NCBI GenBank assembly: GCA_032718475.1
Contig: JAUCBJ010007223.1
Span: 1-64,000 of the forward strand
Source: Nemertoderma westbladi
Taxonomy: Eukaryota > Animalia > Xenacoelomorpha
DNA length: 64,000 nt
Direction: 5' to 3'
A model generated the notes under the pieces. The model searched no databases, was not told where the DNA came from, and saw only the letters and a list, made by a program, of their open reading frames with translations. The translations under genes and the position numbers were made by a program. This document shows, piece by piece, positions 48,801 to 62,400 of the stretch. The first letter of the stretch is position 1, and every line of letters starts with the position of its first letter.

Positions 48801-50439
48801 AGGGGACCATTGTACGGGTACTACCCGTCGAAGTGTGTCCTGACTGTAAAGCCGGATAAGTTAGTGGAGGCGGAGGCGTTGTTTGCGAACACAATCGTCA
48901 CAATTGATACGACGGGCAACAAGCTACTCGGCGGCGTTATCGGTACCGAGGAATTTTGTTCCAGCTACGTCGAGGAGAAAGTCGATGAGTTCGCGGAGGA
49001 AGTCGATCGACTCGCCGAGATTGCCGCGTTGGACCCCCACTGCGCGTACGCCGGTTTGGCGTTCGGGCTCTCCTGCAGGTGGAGGTTCCTAACCCGCGTC
49101 ATCCCCAACGCAACGGAGCACTTCGGGAAGCTGGAGGAGACGGTGCAGCGGTTCATCGCCAAACTGCTCGACAGGCCGTCGCTATCGGCGGTTGAACGCC
49201 AACTAGTCTCCCTCCCAACTCGGGATGGCGGATTGGGTATCCCGGTTCCTTCCGACTTGGAGACGCAGTACGACCACTCGCGCCGAGTCTGTGAACCGTT
49301 CGCAGATGCGGAGTCGATGGCAGCGGTGCGGACTGAACAGAGACGGATCGTGACCGAGGTGAAGGCGGAGTCCGTAACATCGTCTCGTACTAAAAGGGAA
49401 CAAGTATACGCCCAGTTACCCACAGACCAACGCAAACTGTGTGAACTCACAACAGAAAAAGGTGCGTCAGCTTGGTTAAACTCCAAGCCACTAACCCTAC
49501 AAGTTACTCACCTGAGTAAAGAAGAGTTCCGGGATGCGGTGTGTCTCCGCTACGGTTGGTGTCCGAAGAATCTACCATCTCGTTGTGCCTGTGGGGCGCG
49601 ATTTTCTGCAACCCACGTCCTGTCGTGCCCAACTGGAGGTTTCCCCTCCATCAGGCACAATGAGATACGTGATTTCGTCGCCAACTCGCTCACTGAGGTC
49701 GCCTACAGCGTTGCTGTTGAGCCGATGCTCCAGCCGTTATCCGGTGAAACTTTCACCCATCGTACCACCTCGACGGACCAGCAGGCGAGGCTGGATGTGT
49801 CTGTGAGCGGCTTCTGGGGAAACCGATTCCAGCGGTCGTTCATCGACGTGTCCGTGTTTAACCCGCTGGCGGCGACGAACGCGGCTATGTCCCTAGACGC
49901 AGCGCACCTCCACCACGAGAATCGTAAGATTCTTAAGTACGAGGAGAGGATACGGGAGGTGGAACATTCTACTTTCGTCCCCCTCATATTCTCGGCCTTT
50001 GGCGGGATGGCGCCGACCACGCGCCAGTTTGTTAAGCGCCTGGGACAGAAGCTCGCGGACAAACGCGAGGTCAGGTACTCGGAATGCGTCACGTGGATCC
50101 GGCGCAAGTTAAACTTCGCGTTGCTTCGTTCCTCCCTGCTCTGCCTTCGAGGTTGTAGGTCAGCCTCTAAACGGCCGGTTCATTGTCCAGTGTCTGATGC
50201 CTCCATTCGGTTGGACAACGCCGACACTGAGCCGTAGCCTGGTAGTACAGCGCAGTCGTACAGGCCTACAATAGCTGACCAGTAGGCCTACAACATAAAC
50301 AACCAACTGTTTTGAATTTCCCCCTTACATCCGTATCACTGTACCTCATTGTATAAATCAGATTTGGTGATAGGGTGTAATAGTGCAATTTGAAATCCAT
50401 TGTATCAACTATGTTATTATACTATCATTCTCACCCAAT

Positions 50440-50476
<37 letters not shown>

Positions 50477-53400
50477 CAGTAGTAAATACTTAGCAGTAGT
50501 AAATACTTAGCAGTAGTAAATACTTAGCAGTAGTAAATACTTAAAGCAGTATTAAATACTTAGCAGTAGTAAATACTTAGCAGTAGTAAATACTTAGCAG
50601 TAGGAAATACTTAGCAGTAGTAAATACTTAGCAGTAGTAAATACTTAGCAGTAGTAAATACTTAGCAGTAGTAAATACTTAAAGCAGTAGTAAATACTTA
50701 GCAGTAGTAAATACTTAGCAGTAGTAAATACTTAGCAGTAGTAAATACTTAGCAGTAGTAAATACTTAGCAGTAGTAAATACTTAGCAGTAGTAAATACT
50801 TAGCAGTAGTAAATACTTAGCAGTAGTAAATACTTAGCAGTAGTAAATACTTAGCAGTAGTAAATACTTAGCAGTAGGAAATACTTAGCAGTAGTAAATA
50901 CTTAGCAGTAGTAAATACTTAGCAGTAGTAAATACTTAGCAGTAGTAAATACTTAAAGCAGTAGTAAATACTTAGCAGTAGTAAATACTTAAAGCAGTAG
51001 TAAATACTTAACAGTAGTAAATACTTAGCAGTAGTAAATACTTAGCAGTAGGAAATACTTAGCAGTAGTAAATACTTAGCAGTAGTAAATACTTAGCAGT
51101 AGTAAATACTTAGCAGTAGTAAATACTTAGCAGTAGTAAATACTTAAAGCAGTAGTAAATACTTAGCAGTAGTAAATACTTAGCAGTAGTAAATACTTAG
51201 CAGTAGTAAATACTTAGCAGTAGTAAATACTTAAAGCAGTAGTAAATACTTAAAGCAGTAGTAAATACTTAGCAGTTGTAAATACTTAGCAGTAGTAAAT
51301 ACTTAAAGCAGTAGTAAATACTTAGCAGTTGTAAATACTCAGCAGTAGTAAATACTTAAAGCAGCAGTAAATACTTAGCAGTAGTAAATACTTAGCAGTA
51401 GTAAATACTTAAAGCAGTAGTAAATACTTAGCAGTAGTAAATACTTAGCAGTAGTAAATACTTAGCAGTAGTAAATACTTAGCAGTAGTAAATACTTAAA
51501 GCAGTAGTAAATACTTAAAGCAGTAGTAAATACTTAGCAGTTGTAAATACTTAGCAGTAGTAAATACTTAAAGCAGTAGTAAATACTTAGCAGTAGTAAA
51601 TACTTAGCAGTAGTAAATACTTAGCAGTAGTAAATACTTAAAGCAGTAGTGAATACTTAGCAGTAGTAAATACTTAGCAGTAGTAAATACTTAGCAGTAG
51701 TAAATACTTAGCAGTAGTAAATACTTAGCAGTAGTAAATACTTAGCAGTAGTAAATACTTAGCTTACTCTAAATCAGCTGTTATTTACCTCGGCTTTCAG
51801 CTGAAGAGGGATGCATTTTGATTGCATCTAGAGACCCTCCCCCCCCCCCCCCCCCCTATCTGCAAAGTCTAGAAAATAAACCTACAGATGTATAATCTAA
51901 TAATCTATTAAATTATTTATTTGTCTTCGGCCTTCGCATTACATTGACAAATTCCATAATCTGAGATTATATTTCGTGTCACCCAGGGACCAATTCCGTT
52001 AAATCGAGGACAAAAACAAAATCACCGAGAAGCAGCCTTCAATCTGGTTCTATAAAACAACGCCAATTAGGTGAGTACCGGAATGGGTTCAATTAGGTGA
52101 GTACCGGAATGGGTTCAATTAGGTGAGTACCGGAATGGCTTCAATTAGGTGAGTACCGGAATGGGTTCAATTAGGTGAGAACCGGAATGGGTTCAATTAG
52201 GTGAGTACCGGAATGGGTTCAATTAGGTGAGAACCGGAATGGGTTCAATTAGCTGAGTACCGGAATGGGTTCAATTAGGTGAGTACCGGAATGGGTTCAA
52301 TTAGGTGAGTACCGGAATGGCTTCAATTAGGTGAGTACCGGAATGGGTTCAATTAGGTGAGAACCGGAATGGGTTCAATTAGGTGAGTACCGGAATGGGT
52401 TCAATTAGGTGAGTACCGGATTGGGTTCAATTAGGTGAGTACCGGAATGGTTTCAATTAGGTGAGTACCGGAATGGGTTCAATTAGGTGAGTGCCGGAAT
52501 GGGTTCAATTAGGTGAGTGCCGGAATGGGTTCAATTAGGTGAGTACCGGAATGGGTTCAATTATGTGAGTACCGGAATGGCTTCAATTAGGTGAGTGCCG
52601 GAATGGATTCAATTAGGTGAGTACCGGAATGGGTTCAATTAGGTGAGTACCGGAATGGGTTCAATTAGGTGAGTACCGGAATGGGTTCAATTATGTGAGT
52701 ATCGGAATGGGTTCAATTAGGTGAGTGCCGGAATGGGTTCAATTAGGTGAGTACCGGTATGGCTTCAATTAGGTGAGTACCGGAATGGGTTCAATTAGGT
52801 GAGTACCGGAATGGGTTCAATTAGGTGAGTACCGGAATGGCTTCAATTAGGTGAGTACCGGAATGGGTTCAATTAGGTGAGTACCGTAATGGGTTCAATT
52901 AGGTGAGTACCGGAATGGGTTCAATTAGGTGAGTACCGGAATGGGTTCAATTAGGTGAGTACCGGAATGGGTTCAATTAGGTGAGTACCGGAATGGGTTC
53001 AATTAGGTGAGTACCGGAATGGGTTCAATTAGGTGAGTACCGGAATGGGTTCAATTAGGTGAGTACCGGAATGGGTTCAATTAGGTGAGTACCGGATTGG
53101 CTTCAAATAGGTGAGTACCGGAATGGGTTCAATTAGGTGAGTGCCGGAATGGGTTCAATTAGGTGAGTACCGGAATGTGTTCAATTAGGTGAGTACCGGA
53201 ATGGCTTCAATTAGGTAAGTACCGGAATGGCTTCAATTAGGTGAGTACCGGAATGGGTTCAATTATGTGAGTACCGGAATGGCTTCAATTAGGTGAGTAC
53301 CGGAATGGGTTCAATTAGGTGAGTACCGGAATGGCTTCAATTAGGTGAGTACCGCAATGGCTTCAATTAGGTGAGTACCGGAATGGGTTCAATTAGGTGA

Positions 53401-56400
53401 GTACCGGAATGGGTTCAATTATGTGAGTACCGGAATGGGTTCAATTAGGTGAGTGCCGGAATGGGTTCAATTAGATGAGTACCGGAATGGGTTCAATTAG
53501 GTGAGTACCGGAATGGGTTCAATTAGGTGACTACCGGAATGGGTTCAATTAGGTGAGTACCGGAATGGGTTCAATTAGGTGAGTACCGGAATGGGTTCAA
53601 TTAGGTGAGTACCGGAATGGGTTCAATTAGGTGAGTACCGGAATGGATTCAATTAGGTGAGTACCGGAATGGGTTCAATTAGGTGAGTGCCGGAATGGAT
53701 TCAATTAGGTGAGTACCGGAATGGGTTCAATTAGGTGAGTACCGGAATGGGTTCAATTAGGTGAGTGCCGGAATGGGTTCAATTAGATGAGTACCGGAAT
53801 GGATTCAATTAGGTGAGTACCGGAATGGGTTCAATTAGGTGAGTACCGGAATGGGTTCAATTATGTGAGTACCGGAATGGGTTCAATTAGGTGAGTACCG
53901 GAATGGCTTCAATTAGGTGAGTACCGGAATGGGTTCAATTAGGTGAGTACCGGAATGGGTTCAATTAGGTGAGTCACGGAATGGGTTCAATTAGGTGAGT
54001 ACCGGAATGGCTTCAATTAGGTGAGTACCGGAATGGCTTCAATTAGGTGAGTACCGGAATGGGTTCAATTATGTGAGTACCGGAATGGGTTCAATTAGGT
54101 GAGTACCGGAATGGCTTCAATTAGGTGAGTACCGGAATGGGTTCAATTAGGTGAGTACCGGAATGGGTTCAATTATGTGAGTATCGGAATGGGTTCAATT
54201 AGGTGAGTGCCGGAATGGGTTCAATTAGGTGAGTACCGGTATGGCTTCAATTAGGTGAGTACCGGAATGGGTTCAATTAGGTGAGTACCGGAATGGGTTC
54301 AATTAGGTGAGTACCGGAATGGCTTCAATTAGGTGAGTACCGGAATGGGTTCAATTAGGTGAGTACCGTAATGGGTTCAATTAGGTGAGTACCGGAATGG
54401 GTTCAATTAGGTGAGTACCGGAATGGGTTCAATTAGGTGAGTACCGGAATGGGTTCAATTAGGTGAGTACCGGAATGGGTTCAATTAGGTGAGTACCGGA
54501 ATGGGTTCAATTAGGTGAGTACCGGAATGGGTTCAATTAGGTGAGTACCGGAATGGGTTCAATTAGGTGAGTACCGGATTGGCTTCAAATAGGTGAGTAC
54601 CGGAATGGGTTCAATTAGGTGAGTGCCGGAATGGGTTCAATTAGGTGAGTACCGGAATGTGTTCAATTAGGTGAGTACCGGAATGGCTTCAATTAGGTAA
54701 GTACCGGAATGGCTTCAATTAGGTGAGTACCGGAATGGGTTCAATTATGTGAGTACCGGAATGGCTTCAATTAGGTGAGTACCGGAATGGGTTCAATTAG
54801 GTGAGTACCGGAATGGCTTCAATTAGGTGAGTACCGCAATGGCTTCAATTAGGTGAGTACCGGAATGGGTTCAATTAGGTGAGTACCGGAATGGGTTCAA
54901 TTATGTGAGTACCGGAATGGGTTCAATTAGGTGAGTGCCGGAATGGGTTCAATTAGATGAGTACCGGAATGGGTTCAATTAGGTGAGTACCGGAATGGGT
55001 TCAATTAGGTGACTACCGGAATGGGTTCAATTAGGTGAGTACCGGAATGGGTTCAATTAGGTGAGTACCGGAATGGGTTCAATTAGGTGAGTACCGGAAT
55101 GGGTTCAATTAGGTGAGTACCGGAATGGATTCAATTAGGTGAGTACCGGAATGGGTTCAATTAGGTGAGTGCCGGAATGGATTCAATTAGGTGAGTACCG
55201 GAATGGGTTCAATTAGGTGAGTACCGGAATGGGTTCAATTAGGTGAGTGCCGGAATGGGTTCAATTAGATGAGTACCGGAATGGATTCAATTAGGTGAGT
55301 ACCGGAATGGGTTCAATTAGGTGAGTACCGGAATGGGTTCAATTATGTGAGTACCGGAATGGGTTCAATTAGGTGAGTACCGGAATGGCTTCAATTAGGT
55401 GAGTACCGGAATGGGTTCAATTAGGTGAGTACCGGAATGGGTTCAATTAGGTGAGTCACGGAATGGGTTCAATTAGGTGAGTACCGGAATGGCTTCAATT
55501 AGGTGAGTACCGGAATGGCTTCAATTAGGTGAGTACCGGAATGGGTTCAATTATGTGAGTACCGGAATGGGTTCAATTAGGTGAGTACCGGAATGGCTTC
55601 AATTAGGTGAGTACCGGAATGGGTTCAATTAGGTGAGTACCGGAATGGGTTCAATTAGGTGAGTACCGGATTGGGTTCAATTAGGTGAGTGCCGGAATGG
55701 GTTCAATTAGGTGAGTACCGGAATTTTTTAAATTAGGTGAGTGCCGGAATGGGTTCAATTAGGTGAGTACCGGAATGGGTTCAATTAGGTGAGTACCGGA
55801 ATGGGTTCAATTAGGTGAGTACCGGAATGGCTTCAATTAGGTGAGTACCGGAATGGGTTCAATTAGGTGAGTACCGGAATGGGTTCAATTAGGTGAGTAC
55901 CGGATTGGGTTCAATTAGGTGAGTGCCGGAATGGGTTCAATTAGGTGAGTACCGGAATTTTTTAAATTAGGTGAGTGCCGGAATGGGTTCAATTAGGTGA
56001 GTACCGGAATGGGTTCAATTAGGTGAGTACCGGAATGGGTTCAATTAGGTGAGTACCGGATTGGGTTCAAATAGGTGAGTACCGGAATGGGTTCAATTAG
56101 GTGAGTACCGGAATGGGTTCAATTAGGTGAGTACCGGAATGGGTTCAATTAGGTGAGTACCGGAATGGGTTCAATTAGGTGAGTACCGGATTGGTTTCAA
56201 ATAGGTGAGTACCGGATTGGGTTCAAATAGGTGAGTACCGGAATGGGTTCAATTAGGTGAGTACCGGAATGGGTTCAATTACGTGAGTACCTGATTGGGT
56301 TCAATTAGGTGAGTGCCGGAATGGGTTCAATTAGGTGAGTACCGGAATTTTTTAAATTATGTGAGTGTCGGAATGGGTTCAATTAGGTGAGTACCGGAAT

Positions 56401-59400
56401 GGGTTCAATTAGGTGAGTACCGGAATGGGTTCAATTATGTGAGTACCGGAATGGGTTCAATTAGGTCAGTACCGGATTGGGTTCAATTAGGTGAGTACCG
56501 GGATGGGTTCAATTAGGTGAGTACCGGAATGGGTTCAAATAGGTGAGTACCGGAATGGGTTCAATTAGGTGAGTACCGGAATGGGTTCAATTAGGTGAGT
56601 ACCGGAATGGGTTCAAATAGGTGAGTACCGGAATGGGTTCAATTAGGTGAGTACCGAAATGGGTTCAATTAGGTGAGTAGCGGAATAGGTTCAATTAGGT
56701 GAGTACCGGAATGGGTTCAATTAGGTGAGTACCGGAATGGCTTCAATTAGGTGAGTACCGGAATGGCTTCAATTAGGTGAGTACCGGAATGGGTTCAATT
56801 ATGTGAGTACCGGAATGGGTTCAATTAGGTGAGTACCGGATTGGGTTCAAATAGGTGAGTACCGGATTGGGTTCAAATAGGTGAGTACCGGAATGGGTTC
56901 AATTAGGTGAGTACCGGAATGGGTTCAATTAGGTGAGTACCGGAATGGGTTCAATTAGGTGAGTACCGGAATGGCTTCAATTAGGTGAGTACCGGAATGG
57001 CTTCAATTAGGTGAGTACCGGAATGGGTTCAATTATGTGAGTACCGGAATGGGTTCAATTAGGTGAGTGCCGGAATGGGTTCAATTAGGTGAGTACCGGA
57101 TTGGGTTCAAATAGGTGAGTACCGGATTGGGTTCAATTAGGTGAGTACCGGAATGGGTTCAATTAGGTGAGTACCGGAGTGGGTTCAATTAGGTGAGTAC
57201 CGGAATGGGTTCAATTAGGTGAGTACCGGAATGGCTTCAATTAGGTGAGTACCGGAATGGGTTCAATTAGGTGAGTACCGGAATGGGTTCAATTAGGTGA
57301 GTACCGGAATGGGTTCAATTAGGTGAGTACCGGAATGGGTTCAATTAGGTGAGTACCGGAATGGGTTCAATTAGGTGAGTACCGGAATGGGTTCAATTAG
57401 GTGAGTACCGGAATGGGTTCAATTAGGTGAGTACCGGAATGGGTTCAATTAGGTGAGTACCGGATTGGGTTCAAATAGGTGAGTATCGGATTGGGTTCAA
57501 ATAGGTGAGTACCGGAATGGGTTCAATTAGGTGAGTACCGGAATGGGTTCAATTAGGTGAGTACCGGAATGGGTTCAATTAGGTGAGTACCGGAATGGGT
57601 TCAATTAGGTGAGTACCGGAATGGGTTCAATTAGGTGAGTACCGGAATGGGTTCAATTAGGTGAGTACCGGAATGGGTTCAATTAGGTGAGTACCGGAAT
57701 GGGTTCAATTAGGTGAGTACCGGAATGGGTTCAATTAGGTGAGTACCGGATTGGGTTCAAATAGGTGAGTACCGGAATGGGTTCAAATAGGTGAGTACCG
57801 GAATGGGTTCAATTAGGTGAGCTACCGGAATGGGTTCAATTAGGTGAGTACCGGAATGGGTTCAATTAGGTGAGTACCGGAATGGGTTCAATTAGGTGAG
57901 TACCGGAATGGATTCAATTAGGTGAGTACCGGAATGGGTTCAATTAGGTGAGTGCCGGAATGGATTCAATTAGGTGAGTACCGGAATGGGTTCAATTAGG
58001 TGAGTACCGGAATGGGTTCAATTAGGTGAGTGCCGGAATGGGTTCAATTAGGTGAGTACCGGAATGGATTCAATTAGGTGAGTACCGGAATGGGTTCAAT
58101 TAGGTGAGTACCGGAATGGGTTCAATTATGTGAGTACCGGAATGGGTTCAATTAGGTGAGTACCGGAATGGCTTCAATTAGGTGAGTACCGGAATGGGTT
58201 CAATTAGGTGAGTACCGGAATGGGTTCAATTAGGTGAGTCACGGAATGGGTTCAATTAGGTGAGTACCGGAATGGCTTCAATTAGGTGAGTACCGGAATG
58301 GCTTCAATTAGGTGAGTACCGGAATGGGTTCAATTATGTGAGTACCGGAATGGGTTCAATTAGGTGAGTACCGGAATGGCTTCAATTAGGTGAGTACCGG
58401 AATGGGTTCAATTAGGTGAGTACCGGAATGGGTTCAATTAGGTGAGTACCGGATTGGGTTCAATTAGGTGAGTGCCGGAATGGGTTCAATTAGGTGAGTA
58501 CCGGAATTTTTTAAATTAGGTGAGTGCCGGAATGGGTTCAATTAGGTGAGTACCGGAATGGGTTCAATTAGGTGAGTACCGGAATGGGTTCAATTAGGTG
58601 AGTACCGGAATGGCTTCAATTAGGTGAGTACCGGAATGGGTTCAATTAGGTGAGTACCGGAATGGGTTCAATTAGGTGAGTACCGGATTGGGTTCAATTA
58701 GGTGAGTGCCGGAATGGGTTCAATTAGGTGAGTACCGGAATTTTTTAAATTAGGTGAGTGCCGGAATGGGTTCAATTAGGTGAGTACCGGAATGGGTTCA
58801 ATTAGGTGAGTACCGGAATGGGTTCAATTAGGTGAGTACCGGATTGGGTTCAAATAGGTGAGTACCGGAATGGGTTCAATTAGGTGAGTACCGGAATGGG
58901 TTCAATTAGGTGAGTACCGGAATGGGTTCAATTAGGTGAGTACCGGAATGGGTTCAATTAGGTGAGTACCGGATTGGTTTCAAATAGGTGAGTACCGGAT
59001 TGGGTTCAAATAGGTGAGTACCGGAATGGGTTCAATTAGGTGAGTACCGGAATGGGTTCAATTACGTGAGTACCTGATTGGGTTCAATTAGGTGAGTGCC
59101 GGAATGGGTTCAATTAGGTGAGTACCGGAATTTTTTAAATTATGTGAGTGTCGGAATGGGTTCAATTAGGTGAGTACCGGAATGGGTTCAATTAGGTGAG
59201 TACCGGAATGGGTTCAATTATGTGAGTACCGGAATGGGTTCAATTAGGTCAGTACCGGATTGGGTTCAATTAGGTGAGTACCGGGATGGGTTCAATTAGG
59301 TGAGTACCGGAATGGGTTCAAATAGGTGAGTACCGGAATGGGTTCAATTAGGTGAGTACCGGAATGGGTTCAATTAGGTGAGTACCGGAATGGGTTCAAA

Positions 59401-62400
59401 TAGGTGAGTACCGGAATGGGTTCAATTAGGTGAGTACCGAAATGGGTTCAATTAGGTGAGTAGCGGAATAGGTTCAATTAGGTGAGTACCGGAATGGGTT
59501 CAATTAGGTGAGTACCGGAATGGCTTCAATTAGGTGAGTACCGGAATGGCTTCAATTAGGTGAGTACCGGAATGGGTTCAATTATGTGAGTACCGGAATG
59601 GGTTCAATTAGGTGAGTACCGGATTGGGTTCAAATAGGTGAGTACCGGATTGGGTTCAAATAGGTGAGTACCGGAATGGGTTCAATTAGGTGAGTACCGG
59701 AATGGGTTCAATTAGGTGAGTACCGGAATGGGTTCAATTAGGTGAGTACCGGAATGGCTTCAATTAGGTGAGTACCGGAATGGCTTCAATTAGGTGAGTA
59801 CCGGAATGGGTTCAATTATGTGAGTACCGGAATGGGTTCAATTAGGTGAGTGCCGGAATGGGTTCAATTAGGTGAGTACCGGATTGGGTTCAAATAGGTG
59901 AGTACCGGATTGGGTTCAATTAGGTGAGTACCGGAATGGGTTCAATTAGGTGAGTACCGGAGTGGGTTCAATTAGGTGAGTACCGGAATGGGTTCAATTA
60001 GGTGAGTACCGGAATGGCTTCAATTAGGTGAGTACCGGAATGGGTTCAATTAGGTGAGTACCGGAATGGGTTCAATTAGGTGAGTACCGGAATGGGTTCA
60101 ATTAGGTGAGTCACGGAATGGGTTCAATTAGGTGAGTACCGGAATGGCTTCAATTAGGTGAGTACCGGAATGGCTTCAATTAGGTGAGTACCGGAATGGG
60201 TTCAATTATGTGAGTACCGGAATGGGTTCAATTAGGTGAGTACCGGAATGGCTTCAATTAGGTGAGTACCGGAATGGGTTCAATTAGGTGAGTACCGGAA
60301 TGGGTTCAATTAGGTGAGTACCGGATTGGGTTCAATTAGGTGAGTGCCGGAATGGGTTCAATTAGGTGAGTACCGGAATTTTTTAAATTAGGTGAGTGCC
60401 GGAATGGGTTCAATTAGGTGAGTACCGGAATGGGTTCAATTAGGTGAGTACCGGAATGGGTTCAATTAGGTGAGTACCGGAATGGCTTCAATTAGGTGAG
60501 TACCGGAATGGGTTCAATTAGGTGAGTACCGGAATGGGTTCAATTAGGTGAGTACCGGATTGGGTTCAATTAGGTGAGTGCCGGAATGGGTTCAATTAGG
60601 TGAGTACCGGAATTTTTTAAATTAGGTGAGTGCCGGAATGGGTTCAATTAGGTGAGTACCGGAATGGGTTCAATTAGGTGAGTACCGGAATGGGTTCAAT
60701 TAGGTGAGTACCGGATTGGGTTCAAATAGGTGAGTACCGGAATGGGTTCAATTAGGTGAGTACCGGAATGGGTTCAATTAGGTGAGTACCGGAATGGGTT
60801 CAATTAGGTGAGTACCGGAATGGGTTCAATTAGGTGAGTACCGGATTGGTTTCAAATAGGTGAGTACCGGATTGGGTTCAAATAGGTGAGTACCGGAATG
60901 GGTTCAATTAGGTGAGTACCGGAATGGGTTCAATTACGTGAGTACCTGATTGGGTTCAATTAGGTGAGTGCCGGAATGGGTTCAATTAGGTGAGTACCGG
61001 AATTTTTTAAATTATGTGAGTGTCGGAATGGGTTCAATTAGGTGAGTACCGGAATGGGTTCAATTAGGTGAGTACCGGAATGGGTTCAATTATGTGAGTA
61101 CCGGAATGGGTTCAATTAGGTCAGTACCGGATTGGGTTCAATTAGGTGAGTACCGGGATGGGTTCAATTAGGTGAGTACCGGAATGGGTTCAAATAGGTG
61201 AGTACCGGAATGGGTTCAATTAGGTGAGTACCGGAATGGGTTCAATTAGGTGAGTACCGGAATGGGTTCAAATAGGTGAGTACCGGAATGGGTTCAATTA
61301 GGTGAGTACCGAAATGGGTTCAATTAGGTGAGTAGCGGAATAGGTTCAATTAGGTGAGTACCGGAATGGGTTCAATTAGGTGAGTACCGGAATGGCTTCA
61401 ATTAGGTGAGTACCGGAATGGCTTCAATTAGGTGAGTACCGGAATGGGTTCAATTATGTGAGTACCGGAATGGGTTCAATTAGGTGAGTACCGGATTGGG
61501 TTCAAATAGGTGAGTACCGGATTGGGTTCAAATAGGTGAGTACCGGAATGGGTTCAATTAGGTGAGTACCGGAATGGGTTCAATTAGGTGAGTACCGGAA
61601 TGGGTTCAATTAGGTGAGTACCGGAATGGCTTCAATTAGGTGAGTACCGGAATGGCTTCAATTAGGTGAGTACCGGAATGGGTTCAATTATGTGAGTACC
61701 GGAATGGGTTCAATTAGGTGAGTGCCGGAATGGGTTCAATTAGGTGAGTACCGGATTGGGTTCAAATAGGTGAGTACCGGATTGGGTTCAATTAGGTGAG
61801 TACCGGAATGGGTTCAATTAGGTGAGTACCGGAGTGGGTTCAATTAGGTGAGTACCGGAATGGGTTCAATTAGGTGAGTACCGGAATGGCTTCAATTAGG
61901 TGAGTACCGGAATGGGTTCAATTAGGTGAGTACCGGAATGGGTTCAATTAGGTGAGTACCGGAATGGGTTCAATTAGGTGAGTACCGGAATGGGTTCAAT
62001 TAGGTGAGTACCGGAATGGGTTCAATTAGGTGAGTACCGGAATGGGTTCAATTAGGTGAGTACCGGAATGGGTTCAATTAGGTGAGTACCGGAATGGGTT
62101 CCATTAGGTGAGTACCGGATTGGGTTCAAATAGGTGAGTATCGGATTGGGTTCAAATAGGTGAGTACCGGAATGGGTTCAATTAGGTGAGTACCGGAATG
62201 GGTTCAATTAGGTGAGTACCGGAATGGGTTCAATTAGGTGAGTACCGGAATGGGTTCAATTAGGTGAGTACCGGAATGGGTTCAATTAGGTGAGTACCGG
62301 AATGGGTTCAATTAGGTGAGTACCGGAATGGGTTCAATTAGGTGAGTACCGGAATGGGTTCAATTAGGTGAGTACCGGAATGTGTTCAATTAGGTGAGTA

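Larger units (their letters stand above)
46464..50475 (+). mobile_element. RLE-type non-LTR retrotransposon (CRE-clade-like), apparently intact
   Basis: Single long ORF, short UTRs and a ~35-nt pure poly(A) tail (50441..50475); satellite continues on both sides, with AGCAGT (+n x 17) duplicated. Confidence 0.9.
44718..51763 (+). repeat. 17-bp minisatellite AGCAGTAGTAAATACTT, split by a retrotransposon into 44718..46463 and 50475..51763
   Basis: Near-perfect tandem array with AGT-for-AGC and +AA (19-bp) variants; roughly 100 + 75 units. Confidence 0.97.

Noticed and set aside
46473-50107. Overlapping minus-strand and alternate-frame ORFs in the RLE element
   Set aside because: Expected by-products of a GC-rich coding region and its 30-bp repeat.
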